Assembly: GCA_963665295.1 (NCBI GenBank)
Contig: OY762209.1
Location: 2,432,001-2,496,000, forward strand
Length of the DNA: 64,000 bases
Reading direction: 5' to 3'
Source: Syntrophorhabdaceae bacterium
GTDB lineage: Bacteria > Desulfobacterota > Syntrophorhabdia > Syntrophorhabdales > Syntrophorhabdaceae
Notes under the pieces: model-generated
What the model saw: only the letters and a program-made list of their open reading frames with translations
What the model was told of the DNA's origin: nothing
Databases searched by the model: none
Program-made: the position numbers and the translations under genes
In this document: piece by piece, positions 19,873 to 30,357 of the stretch
Numbering within the stretch: position 1 is the stretch's first letter
Layout of the letters: every line of letters begins with the position of its first letter

Positions 19873-21615
19873 ATGAAACGATTTATGATCTAAGGTTTAT
19901 TTGCTCTTTTCTTGCTGCTCGGCAGCATCGGACAGGCTCTGGCCTTCACCACCATCGATACGACGCCTTATTGGAATGGAACCGCGTATATCTCGTCCTT
20001 CGGCTACCCGGATACCGCAACCTATGGACAGGTGATCACCACGCCCACGAACACGGATGTGGTGCTTCGAAGTTTCTCCTTCCACATGAAGCTGCCTGAG
20101 ACCTGCACTTTCAGGGGCTATGTCTACGCCTGGGATGGAACGAAGGCCACGGGGACGGCCTTGTACAGAAGTTCAACCATGGCGACACTCGGTTCCGGTA
20201 CTTTTGAAGAGGTTGACTTCAAAACAGAGGGAATCACGCTGGCTGCGGGTACCCAGTATGTGCTTTTCGCCAGCGTTTCCGAAGAGACCGGTTCAGGCTA
20301 CGGTAACTGGGGGTCTACCGCGGAGACCGCGTATCCCGGCAGCGGGAACAGCTTCGTATACATCAACAACGGCACCGATACGACACAATGGACAACGACC
20401 AACTGGTCGAATATTGGGATGGACCTCGCATTTAAAGCCACTTTTGTGACCCCAACCCGAAAGGTCCTCTACTGGAATGACGGCGCCGTCGGAACGGATT
20501 ACCTGAAGCAGGCTCTTGTCAATGTTGCAAACACCTATTCCACATCTACGACGATTGCCGCGGATTTGGCCGATTTCGAAACCAAAGTTGCTGCAGGCGG
20601 ATGGGATCTTGTTGCCCTTATGATCCAGGTAAACCCTCATTCCACACCGAATTTCAATAGCTATGTCTCCGCGGGTGGAAGGGCCGTTCTTGCAGATTAC
20701 AGCAAGGATGCCGAAAGGGGAGCGCTTTTCGGAGTGACCTATACGGGGAGCGATAATCAGGATGTTGTCAGGATTACCGATGATTTCCTCTCTGACGGCG
20801 TGGTTGAGCTTATGTCTTTAACCAATCCCGGCTATGGTATTTTCAGTATGGGGATGGCCGCGACGAGTGGAGCCGGAAGCGGGCCTGTTCCGAACGGAGA
20901 TGCCGCCATTGTCGTGGGAGCCAACGAAAAAACTATTGTGAACGGTTTTCTCGCAGATACCCCCACGTCCGCTGATGACGGCGTTACTTTCTTCGAAAAC
21001 CAACTTCTGATGATCTTGCCGTTTATCGTAGCCAGTCCGAACGGAGGAGAAAGAGTGCCCGCGGGCGGCGTTTTTTACTTAGCCTGGATACCTGAATCCG
21101 CAGCGAGCTTTAATGTCGATATTTCAACAAATAAGGGTTCTTCATGGAAACCCCTTGTACAACAGTACGGAGGCAGTGTCTTTGAATGGCGGGTACCCCT
21201 TCAGAAGGACAACATGCCGAACGGTAAAATCAGAGTAACCGCTTTTAATGAAAACGGCGTGAAGATCGCTCAGGATGTATCGGACAGTCCGTTCACCATC
21301 GAAGTGGTGAGGCTGATATCGCCCAACGGCGGAGAGACGCTTACATCGAACACCGCGAACACGATCATGTGGACAACGAATAAAACCATGGGCGATGTGG
21401 TAAGCACACAGCTGTTCTACACGTTAAATGGAAAGAAATGGTTTCCCATGACCATTCTCGGCGGTAATCCGGGCACCTATTCCTGGACCACGCCGACTGT
21501 AACGGCCGCCACTGCAACGTGCAAGGTAAAGGTTCTGCTTAAGAGTGCGGCTGCCGCCAAGGGCAAGACTCTCGGCACTGCCATCAGCGAGGCTTCTTTC
21601 ACAATCCAGCCGTAA
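19873..21615 (+). pseudogene. Secreted beta-rich protein with C-terminal SPNGGE Ig-like modules; in-frame TAA at codon 7
   Basis: RBS + ATG 19873 is in frame with the 567-aa ORF but TAA at 19891-19893 interrupts the signal peptide. Confidence 0.65.
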
Positions 21616-21896
21616 AAAGCTGACAGAGAGGATTGACGACGGGGTCGGGGGACAAACTCCCGGCCCCGTCGTTTCTTCTGCACGAAAAGCCCCGAGGGTC
21701 GATCTGATACCGCCCATGGCGGGGAATGTAAACTGCAACGAGACCGTGCAGTACGAAAGGGGGCCCATCGCCGTCACGCTCAACCGTTGGCAGCAAAAGC
21801 CGGCAGGGACGTTGCGGGCCCGCAACAAAGTATTCTTCCGGACAATCATTGTCAAGAAGGGGAATGCCCTGATTCCGTCTTGAAAAGAGGAACGGA

Positions 21897-22739
21897 ATGG
21901 TGTATAGAAAACACGCAATGAAGATCGATTTCCATACCCACGTTTATCCTGATCGCGTTGCCCCCGGAACAGTCCGGGCGGTTTGTCAACGATCCGGGAT
22001 CGATGCCTATACGGACGGCACCCTGGAGGGACTGAAAAGGTCCATGTCGGCCGCAGGGATCGATCTTTCCGTGGTGGCGGCTGTCGCGACAAAGCCGGAA
22101 CAGGTTGCATCCATTCAACGATGGTTGACAGCGATCCGGCAACCGGGCATCGAAGTGCTGGCGGCCATGCACCCTGCCGATCCCTTGAGCCCCGGGCAGA
22201 TGAAAATATTGAGGCGGGAAGGGTTCCGGGGTTTCAAGCTCCACCCGGATTATCAGGACTTCTTTGTTGATGATCCCCACATGTATCCCCTCTACGAAGC
22301 GGTGGCGGCGGAAGGCATGTTCATTCTCTTTCATGCGGGAATGGACCGGGGGCTTCCCTACCCGGTCCACGCGACTCCGAAGCGTCTGGCCGCGGTGCAC
22401 AAGGCCGTTCCGGAGCTTTGCATAATCGCCGCCCATCTGGGAGGGGAAGAAGCTTACGAGGAAACAGCGGTACATTTACTGGGGCAAGACCTCTATCTGG
22501 ACACGTCCTTTGTGCTGCGCAAGATACCGGAGATATTCCGGGAACGCTTCCTTAAAGAACATCCGGCGGATCGTCTGATATTCGCGTCGGACAGCCCATG
22601 GACAGACCAGGGGGAGGAGCTTCGGTTTTTCCTGCAACTCCCTTTTCTCACGGAAAGCGACAAGGAAAAAATCTGCTACTCCAATGCGGCGCGGCTTTTG
22701 GGATTGGAGCAGAGGACGGTCGAGGGGGTCGGTCCCTGA
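21897..22739 (+). CDS. Amidohydrolase_2 family TIM-barrel metal-dependent hydrolase
   Basis: IDFHTH, GFKLHPDYQ, FHAG, AHLGG, FASDSPW. Confidence 0.88.
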   Translation: MVYRKHAMKIDFHTHVYPDRVAPGTVRAVCQRSGIDAYTDGTLEGLKRSMSAAGIDLSVVAAVATKPEQVASIQRWLTAIRQPGIEVLAAMHPADPLSPGQMKILRREGFRGFKLHPDYQDFFVDDPHMYPLYEAVAAEGMFILFHAGMDRGLPYPVHATPKRLAAVHKAVPELCIIAAHLGGEEAYEETAVHLLGQDLYLDTSFVLRKIPEIFRERFLKEHPADRLIFASDSPWTDQGEELRFFLQLPFLTESDKEKICYSNAARLLGLEQRTVEGVGP

Positions 22740-23264
22740 AGACCGGGACACCGGTATAAGGGCTACCCGAGGGGTGACCCGACCGAACCTCAAGGCTCAA
22801 GGGTTGACTGCTTTTGACAAGGAGTAATGTTCTTCACCCCGCGCCCCAATGCTTTGTCCGGACCGTCCCTCTCAAAACCCTTGCGCGCATTGCTTATCCT
22901 CCTTTTGCATTATGTATTTATATGGAATCGCCTATTGCACGGAGGTCGCATCTTTTTTATCCGTAGGAAGGCCCGGGGCTGAAATGGAAGAAGACGTGGA
23001 GCAGGACAAGAGACGGCAGAGCCGCGAGGGATGCGGCCTTTGTATATCTCAAGTGCGGCGAGGGCTTTCCTCGATTTCATTCAGACTCCCGGAAGGAAAT
23101 GGAAAATGTCGTAGAAAGAGGGTTCAAATCAAGGAACCGCAGGGAAAGGCAAAGGCCGGCCCCGGGCCCCTCCTCCTTTGTGGCCGTGGAACACGGGTGT
23201 GTATCCCGCATCCCATCGACTGCCGTGGAACCCCGGGCCTGACGGCTGCCCGCTACGAGGGGGG

Positions 23265-23831
23265 CTATCCGGGCCGGGCGATCCGTTGCGTAGGCCCCTC
23301 CGAAGGGAACCGGGCCTCGTAGACCTTACCGCCTGTGGACACATACTCGATGGAAACCGATATACGCCTGAGGAGGGAACCGAAGGATTCGAGATTAGGG
23401 ATTTGGTCCTTTATGCCTCCAAACAGGAGGATTTCCTGCCCCGCGCCAAGGGTTGTTCCCTGTAGAGCGGGTATCGTGAGCAGTTCGAACCCGATCGGCT
23501 CACCCGGGAAGCCGATCCTGGAAATCAGACTCCACGCCTCGCTTGGGTTGCCGATCCGTTTCCGGTCAAAATGGATACGGATACCGGTGATCTTTGCCGG
23601 GCGCATTCCGTGGTTGCGAATGAAGAGGCCGAAGTGTGAAGCTTGCGGCCGGGAGTCTCCCACTTCTACGTCCAACAACGGCCGGAACGCATCCTCAGAC
23701 CTCCACCCGGCATTGACCAGGGCAAAGATGGAAACGAGAAGGGTTATGGACGCTATTACGAACTTCGGGTCCCAGAGGCCCTGCACCATAGTAACCTTCC
23801 AGTCTCCTCTCTTGTCATCCGGTGCATTCAT
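23265..23831 (-). CDS. Membrane-anchored hypothetical protein
   Basis: Single N-terminal TM followed by FRPLL...IRNHGMRPA; last gene of an operon. Confidence 0.65.
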   Translation of the reverse strand: MNAPDDKRGDWKVTMVQGLWDPKFVIASITLLVSIFALVNAGWRSEDAFRPLLDVEVGDSRPQASHFGLFIRNHGMRPAKITGIRIHFDRKRIGNPSEAWSLISRIGFPGEPIGFELLTIPALQGTTLGAGQEILLFGGIKDQIPNLESFGSLLRRISVSIEYVSTGGKVYEARFPSEGPTQRIARPG

Positions 23832-23838
23832 ACGAACC

Positions 23839-24381
23839 TCACTCGAATTTGATGAAGTTTACATATATCTTGCACGCTGAATTGCGGCGAAAGACAAACT
23901 CTGTAATTACATGGAGTTTCTGCAGGTCCGCTGTGACAAAGTCCCGTAAGGTGAAACGGTATGGTGAATACTCTCGCGTCAAGGTCACCGTCTTTTTCGT
24001 CTCCGACCCGTCATCAGGATCGGTGCGGTCTTTTATGCCTATATCGACCCGCTCTCCGCCCCGCGCCCCCCTCATTGATATGACGAGGGTATCGAAGTTC
24101 GAGAAATTCTTCGATTGCCGTTCTCCGGGGGAGGGACGGGGCTGTCCGACCGTGACAAGGACCGCGCCCCAGGTTTGTCCTCTCGGGTAAGCCATGACGA
24201 ACTCGTTCCCCCTGTCCTTCAGCCAATTATGCACGCCGCGGGACGAGTTGACCCCCATGCCATAGCCTTGCCTGAGGTCTCTCCCGTCATATATCACGTA
24301 CTCCCGCGGTGATTGCCCGAAAGAGACGGCAGGCATGACCAAGAACAAAGCGAGTATGAATAAGCTCCCGGACCTTTTCAT
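23839..24381 (-). CDS. Secreted galactose-binding-like (CBM11/CIA30-type) domain protein
   Basis: Signal peptide; NFSNFDTLVISMRG..GGE, LTREY..YRF.L.DF, IYVNFIKFE pattern. Confidence 0.55.
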   Translation of the reverse strand: MKRSGSLFILALFLVMPAVSFGQSPREYVIYDGRDLRQGYGMGVNSSRGVHNWLKDRGNEFVMAYPRGQTWGAVLVTVGQPRPSPGERQSKNFSNFDTLVISMRGARGGERVDIGIKDRTDPDDGSETKKTVTLTREYSPYRFTLRDFVTADLQKLHVITEFVFRRNSACKIYVNFIKFE

Positions 24382-25277
24382 TGAGACACCTCCTTGACCG
24401 GGACCGTTACGGGGCTTTGTTCTGCCCTGTTCCCGGCGTCGCCTTCATATCTCATGGTAAGGTTGTAGGGCCGCCCGCCGCGAGCGGCTTCCTTGGCTTT
24501 CGGCTGCGTTTCAGGCCTGCCTTTCGGGCCGCCCGACAATATTTCCGCGATGATCCCACAAAACCCGGCCTCAACATCGGCCCACGGGACGGCCCTAAGG
24601 ATACTCTCTTTCGTCTCCTCATACTTCTCGGACCGGCTTGGAGACTGTCGCAACGTTTGCCCGGACGGCACGAGAAGAACAAGCAACCTGGGACCGTTGT
24701 GTCCCCTGGAGACTGATCGACGAGACCTGTCGCAGGTTTCCATACCGTCGCTGACGACGATGTGGAAACCTTCCCCGGCCGCGCTCACCGAGATACGCCT
24801 GAAGACATCATTCATGGCTGTACAGGAAGACGAGGCCTTGGGGCGCAAGAGGAGCGCCTTCTTTAAAGACTCACAGACGTTGAGAAGCTTACCGTCCACT
24901 TCACGTTGCCTGGAAGCCTCTCTCCGGCGGCACTCGCTTTCGCCGTAATCCTTGATCGCCCTGAATACGCGAGCTTCGTTACGCCGGTTCAAATCGCGGC
25001 AAAGGTTCGCCCTATCCGGGACCTGTTCGATAGGGAAGGTTTGGGGTCCGGTAGTCCACCCGTCGCTGCCGAAGTGGTACACTCTTACCCTGTCGATACG
25101 AAGGCGGTTTATCACCTCGGGCAACTGTTCGGTCAAATTCCTGATTGCCTCGTGCATTCCGTCCCAATTCGTGCTTTTGGTATCGTCAATCCAGATCGCC
25201 AACTCGGCCGCGTGAAGGACCGTCGAAAAGAACAGCATAGCAGTGACGAAGGCAATGTTACGCAATATCGGTTTCAT
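24378..25277 (-). CDS. Secreted vWA-like domain protein
   Basis: Signal peptide, IWIDDTKS (MIDAS-like), conserved T, IVVSDG. Confidence 0.55.
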   Translation of the reverse strand: MKPILRNIAFVTAMLFFSTVLHAAELAIWIDDTKSTNWDGMHEAIRNLTEQLPEVINRLRIDRVRVYHFGSDGWTTGPQTFPIEQVPDRANLCRDLNRRNEARVFRAIKDYGESECRRREASRQREVDGKLLNVCESLKKALLLRPKASSSCTAMNDVFRRISVSAAGEGFHIVVSDGMETCDRSRRSVSRGHNGPRLLVLLVPSGQTLRQSPSRSEKYEETKESILRAVPWADVEAGFCGIIAEILSGGPKGRPETQPKAKEAARGGRPYNLTMRYEGDAGNRAEQSPVTVPVKEVSQ

Positions 25278-26028
25278 GTGCGCCTCCTCTTTCATCAAGG
25301 TCGAAGACTGCATGGATCCAGTCCAATACCCCTTCAAACTCGCTGCGCGCGATCACCAGGTCGGCATAGGCCTTCGCATAGCGGGACGACCACGCGAAAT
25401 GCTGATGGGCTGCCAGGAGGGTGCCGGAAATAAAAGGCAAGATGAGGCCGACACCGCCCAGACAGGGACCGACCAGAGCGGACAGGAGGCGGAGCAACCC
25501 TTCGGAAGGGCTACGGGTCATCAGGATTACCGCCATCAGCAAAATGAACACGGCCAGACTCCAGAAGGCGATGCGCCGTAGCGCGCGAGCGGTCTTTCGT
25601 GGCTGACGGCCCGTGGTTACATAGGATATTGCCCCTTCGAAAAGAAATGAAAGGAGGGCGGCCACAGCCACCCCTATCGCGGCGGCCCCTGCAGGCGGCA
25701 CGTCAAGCCATGATTGTGAGAGTAATCCCGCGACCGCAACCTCCAGGGTCAACGCAGAATACGCTCCTGTCGCCGCCCAGCGGGAAAGGGCCATGTCGGA
25801 CCGAATAATCGCGGGCTCTGGAGAGACCGGGTCTTCCCCGGTCCTTAACCTGTATTCACCGGCGTACTCATCCCGAAAGGATTTTGCCTGCAGATCCAAC
25901 GTTGATACTTTGGCTTTCGCCACCGGGCGCAGTTCTAACGCTTTGTTTTTTTGGCTTAAATGGTCTCCTGAATCTTGAATTAACCTTGAAAAGCTGCGGG
26001 CCGAATACTTGCTGTCCTTTCCCACCAT
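25258..26028 (-). CDS. Four-TM membrane protein with helical termini
   Basis: GGAGG RBS, four hydrophobic segments; overlaps the vWA gene. Confidence 0.7.
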   Translation of the reverse strand: MVGKDSKYSARSFSRLIQDSGDHLSQKNKALELRPVAKAKVSTLDLQAKSFRDEYAGEYRLRTGEDPVSPEPAIIRSDMALSRWAATGAYSALTLEVAVAGLLSQSWLDVPPAGAAAIGVAVAALLSFLFEGAISYVTTGRQPRKTARALRRIAFWSLAVFILLMAVILMTRSPSEGLLRLLSALVGPCLGGVGLILPFISGTLLAAHQHFAWSSRYAKAYADLVIARSEFEGVLDWIHAVFDLDERGGAHETDIA

Positions 26029-26458
26029 AGCCACCTCCTGAGCTTTTTGTGGTAAGTAAACAATGAACCTGTTCGCGCCGGCGCTCTTTATGTCTTATTA
26101 TTGTGTACCACGCTTGTGAAAAGCTTGTCAAGTGAAATAGAAACAAATTTGAGACAACTATATAAACGTGAAAGCAAAACAATATGAGAGCTAGATAGAA
26201 TCAAATACAACTAAAGAGAGAACATATATAAACTATTACAAAATGTAAAATGACAAAGTGAAACTCAGTACAAACTAATATTGGTCGCGGTAGAGACACG
26301 TTTTCATTGCACAAGGAGGCTGAAACAGTGTATGGAGCGAGGAAGATACAAGGGATATTCAGTAGTTTGCGGGGAGCTTGCAAGATTTATGTAGAAGTAT
26401 TAAACTTAATGTCAAGCACCGTATGCCGATAACATGAGAAAACAGGAGATTGAGGTAC

Positions 26459-27313
26459 ATGAAACGAACGAGTCTGAACGCCAAACAAAAACAGTTTCTC
26501 TCCAAACTCGTCGAGCACGGCGAGGCGGACATAGGTGAGCTTAAAGACGAACTTGGCCTCACAAGACAGAGCATTTACAATTATTTCGAGGAGATAAAGA
26601 ATCTGCTCACAATCGAAAGGCAAAAGGGGAAGCTCTATCTCTACCTTAAAGACGAAGCGGGGTCTGATACCTTTGTGAACAGACTGCTGCGAAATCAGGA
26701 CTTGAAGAAAAAGATAGCCGATTATGTGGTTGACAGATACATCGAGCCTGGAGATGCGGTTTTCATGGACTGCGGCTCAACAGTCTCGGTCCTGGCCGAC
26801 ACCGTCAAAGAGAGAGAGGTGGACGACTTGACCGTTTATACGGTTAATCCCTATGTTCTCACTTTACAATCCTACAAAAAACTCAGGAGACTCGCGGTGT
26901 TCGGAGGGACTCTGAACGGCGATGCGGGATCAATTGCGGGCCCGTGGGTAATGACCCTGCTGGAAGAGTTGAAATCGAAACTTACGTTCAGGCGTGCATT
27001 TCTCGGCGTCGATGGGTTGAGTCTGGTGGAGTCTTCAAGGGAGATCCGCATGACTTTGAGCAATGATAGCGAAATCGAGCAAAAGTTGAAAATTATGGAG
27101 ATGTCGGAGGAGGTATATGTCTTGCTCGATTCCTCAAAGATCGGGGCTGGAGGTGTGACCCTTCAAACGTACAATGAGAACAACCGGGTTCCGGGCCACG
27201 TCAAATTCGTACTGGGCCTCAGAAAGGCGGATCAGGAGAAGGCTGAAAAGATCAGGAGTCTCAAGGATATCCTCGGCGACAAACTCGAGCTTGTGGAAGT
27301 GGATGCTCAATAG
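26459..27313 (+). CDS. DeoR/GlpR family transcriptional regulator
   Basis: N-terminal wHTH; KKKIA, FMDCGSTV, AFLGVDG, LLDSSKIG sensor-domain motifs. Confidence 0.85.
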   Translation: MKRTSLNAKQKQFLSKLVEHGEADIGELKDELGLTRQSIYNYFEEIKNLLTIERQKGKLYLYLKDEAGSDTFVNRLLRNQDLKKKIADYVVDRYIEPGDAVFMDCGSTVSVLADTVKEREVDDLTVYTVNPYVLTLQSYKKLRRLAVFGGTLNGDAGSIAGPWVMTLLEELKSKLTFRRAFLGVDGLSLVESSREIRMTLSNDSEIEQKLKIMEMSEEVYVLLDSSKIGAGGVTLQTYNENNRVPGHVKFVLGLRKADQEKAEKIRSLKDILGDKLELVEVDAQ

Positions 27314-27460
27314 ATGGGCGGCTTGAGAGCCGGCTGGAATTCATGGGAATCGACCATAGGGGCGGCACGGTGATTTAACTGTTCCCCGATGACGATGTCC
27401 CGCACGGAGTCCATTCCGTCAATTTCACGTTAAAAATGGGGATGTCCGCTTCGTCCCCCT

Positions 27461-30265
27461 TTATTCCCCTCCTTTCAGCCGCGCCGCGGGGTCGCCGAAA
27501 AGGGTGTAGGTCCGGAGCATGTTCTCCGACCCTCCTTTTGAGAAAGCCTCGATCTTGGCGCCCGTGGTAACCTTGCCGATCACCCGTTCCCCTGCTTCAA
27601 AGAGGAAGGAGAAGACGGCGTTTCCGAGTACCGAAAAATCAGAATAAAGGCCGAAACCGCTCGGTGAAAAGGCCGCTATGGCGGCGGTCTTCTTGGGGAC
27701 CACGAAGGACTCACCCATGGAGTAGGACAAGGGGAAACCGAAGAATCCGTTCATGCAATCGAAGGTAAGCACGAAGGTAAGCTTGCCCGAGTTGGAGATG
27801 CTCGCGATATTTTTTGTCTCGAATAAAGGCGCAAAAGACCATTGCGAGTATGCCCCGTGACCCACGTAGGTGGTAAGGAGCATGCCCTGCTTGATGGTGG
27901 AGGTGATATCCTTTGTGGCCTGAGGCCACTTTTTTTGCGGATATGTCGAGAGGTAGACCTTCTTGGCGGTCATCCCGCTCGGCAGATATGAAATATAACT
28001 CTCGCTCATTGTCTCAAAAATAGGCTCTCCCCAGTCGGCCGCGAAGAGGGATGCCGCGGGGTTGTAAGTGGAGAGACTCTCGTAGGCCAGGACCTTTTTC
28101 ACCATGTCCGAGACCGCGGCGGCGCTCGCGGCAGGTATCCGCCCGATGATCATTTCGGGGAGCGCGTCCTCTCCCTCCACCGCGACATACCAGTTGTCGT
28201 CCGGCAGATGTTCAAGACCGTTATTGTTTACGAAAGACAGGTGGGCGGGCACCCGGTTCTTCTTTTTCGTGTTATAGTAGTTCCTGTAATCCCAGTTTGC
28301 GTCCCCCATAAGGAGCACGTAGGTCGGCGCGGGTTTCTGCCAGCTTGCATAGGCATAAGTGAGGAAATCCTTGATGGCCTGGGGGTCGGGAGACCCAAAG
28401 GCGAATTCATCGTAAATGTCCTCAACTGCGACCGCCATCACTCTGAGGCCCTGCTTCTGCCGGGCGGCGACGAGGGCGGTGACGGAAGGAAGGAACTCTT
28501 TCGCGGTGATGATGATGTAGTCCGCCCCATTGGACTCGTCTTTCAGACCCGCGGGACTCCATGCGGCGAAGGAGGCAGGAGGTTTCACCGTTTGAGTTGT
28601 CACGAGATAGGATTTCCGACCTGAAATCGTGTCCTCAAAGGTGAGTGTTCCACGGGTGAGAGTCCAGTTGACGACAGTGCCTGCGTTTGCCGGGTCGGTA
28701 ACATCCAGGACCTGCACTTTCGGGGTGCCCACTTTGGTGATGCCCATCTTCTTTCTGCCTTCTCCCTGAACGGTGAAGGCGAGCTGGTTGGCCGCGGCCT
28801 CAAACCGTCTCCAGTAGGAGACTTCGATCCAGTTGAGATAGAGGCTGTCCAGAGATGCTTCCGTGTCTCCGGGTAATTCTATGGTAACGGTATTCTTCCC
28901 TTCCTTGAGAAGGCTCATGGGTATCGTGGCTTCCTGAATAAACTCGATGGTCCCATCCCAGTGCTCATCCGATACGGGCGTGCCGTTCAACGATATCTTC
29001 GTATGATGGTCCGGATCCGGTGTGACGGAGGAGATACCTCTGAATTTCACCCGTATCGTTCCCGTTCCCGTGGTGGCTCCTATGGCGGGTATGGTTACGG
29101 TATAGCTCTTCTTGTCGGGTGCGGTGAACTTGTCCCAGAACCAGATGTCCGCGTCGGCTTCGGGCACTTCCAGCCAGTATTGGGTGTTCTGCTCGGTGTG
29201 CACGGTGCTGAGGAAAGAGCTTTGCGCTTCTCCCTGACCGGTGACGGTCCCGTCAACGGTGGTCATTCTTTTCCCTGAGTCGCCTCCCCACACGAGGTAA
29301 TAGACATTCGTATCGGTAAATGTGGTGTTGAGGCCCTCTGCATAGAAATCCATATAACTGCCCTTCGCAAAGCTGTCCGGCGAGACGACCCTGATTGCCA
29401 TCTCCTCTTCTCCATTAAGAAGGCGCATGGTATTCGCGGTTATCGTTTCCCCGACTATGCCTATCTTTTTGAGGTCATTGTAAGTGATGCGGTAGAACCC
29501 GTCGTGGTTCACCATGATCTTGACGCCCGTAGGTGATGCAACAGCCAGGGAACGGGGGCGGCCGGACCCCGCGGTTTCATTACCATAGGCGGGAGTGTGG
29601 TTGATGAGGGTATTTTGAAACAGTTGACCGTACGCGTTATGGGCGGAGGAGACTGATGGGCGCTGCTCCGGAGCAAGGGGGTTTTCGAAAAAAACCTTTA
29701 CAGTAATCTTTTGCCGGCACAACAGGTCCCTTGTGGAGGGGTTCCATTGAAATGGATGGAATATGACCCTCGCCACAGCGGTCCCCCGCATGGTCCCGAC
29801 GCGTTCCACCTTTGCAGTGTCAAAAGGAAGAGGCGCGGAGGAAGCATATACGGATTCGTTGATAACGTGCCGGGTGGTATTGAGGTCTTCTCCGGAACGT
29901 TCCAATGTAGGAACAGGAAGCACAAGAAGGCCGGGAATCGTAGAGGGGGTGTCCCCGGTGACGGCAACCGTGATATTGCCGGTAGGGGGCACTTCGATGA
30001 GAACAGCGGCGACGGGCAGTTCCGGATGGCCGGAGAGGACTGTTGTGGCCCATTTCGGCACCCGCACCCGTGAGTAGGAAACCCCCTCCGCATAAACCTG
30101 TTCTATGATGGGGGAAGGGGTGGTAAGTTCAAGGGTGAGTCCCCCGGCATCGGCAGCGATAAGTTTGACATCCGGAGTCCCCCCGTGAACCGGGAAGGCG
30201 GCGAATAACAGGGTCAGGGTCAGGATCATGCCGGAGGCAAGGACTGCTGATAGTGAACGGGACAT
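27461..30265 (-). CDS. C25 family (gingipain/PorU-like) cysteine peptidase with propeptide
   Basis: Signal peptide, G.PELP propeptide, ADYIIIT, EDIYDEF, YVLLMGDA, IGRIP, GHG and FDC catalytic dyad, LFGDP. Confidence 0.88.
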   Translation of the reverse strand: MSRSLSAVLASGMILTLTLLFAAFPVHGGTPDVKLIAADAGGLTLELTTPSPIIEQVYAEGVSYSRVRVPKWATTVLSGHPELPVAAVLIEVPPTGNITVAVTGDTPSTIPGLLVLPVPTLERSGEDLNTTRHVINESVYASSAPLPFDTAKVERVGTMRGTAVARVIFHPFQWNPSTRDLLCRQKITVKVFFENPLAPEQRPSVSSAHNAYGQLFQNTLINHTPAYGNETAGSGRPRSLAVASPTGVKIMVNHDGFYRITYNDLKKIGIVGETITANTMRLLNGEEEMAIRVVSPDSFAKGSYMDFYAEGLNTTFTDTNVYYLVWGGDSGKRMTTVDGTVTGQGEAQSSFLSTVHTEQNTQYWLEVPEADADIWFWDKFTAPDKKSYTVTIPAIGATTGTGTIRVKFRGISSVTPDPDHHTKISLNGTPVSDEHWDGTIEFIQEATIPMSLLKEGKNTVTIELPGDTEASLDSLYLNWIEVSYWRRFEAAANQLAFTVQGEGRKKMGITKVGTPKVQVLDVTDPANAGTVVNWTLTRGTLTFEDTISGRKSYLVTTQTVKPPASFAAWSPAGLKDESNGADYIIITAKEFLPSVTALVAARQKQGLRVMAVAVEDIYDEFAFGSPDPQAIKDFLTYAYASWQKPAPTYVLLMGDANWDYRNYYNTKKKNRVPAHLSFVNNNGLEHLPDDNWYVAVEGEDALPEMIIGRIPAASAAAVSDMVKKVLAYESLSTYNPAASLFAADWGEPIFETMSESYISYLPSGMTAKKVYLSTYPQKKWPQATKDITSTIKQGMLLTTYVGHGAYSQWSFAPLFETKNIASISNSGKLTFVLTFDCMNGFFGFPLSYSMGESFVVPKKTAAIAAFSPSGFGLYSDFSVLGNAVFSFLFEAGERVIGKVTTGAKIEAFSKGGSENMLRTYTLFGDPAARLKGGE

Positions 30266-30357
30266 ATGATGGCTCCTTCAAATTACGGCAGATCGTTGCG
30301 TCTTCTACGCCGGGCGGGGCGCGATGCGTCGGCCCGGCTGAAGAAAGACGGATGTCA

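Noticed and set aside
22725..22811. GAACCTCAAGGCTCAAGGGTTGAC resembles the 3' part of 6S RNA
   Set aside because: Segment is too short for 6S and overlaps a CDS end; would need an Rfam covariance search.
27380..27406. TGTTCCCCG matching the repeat 5' end
   Set aside because: Only 9 nt match; no hairpin partner or ATGAACCG handle.
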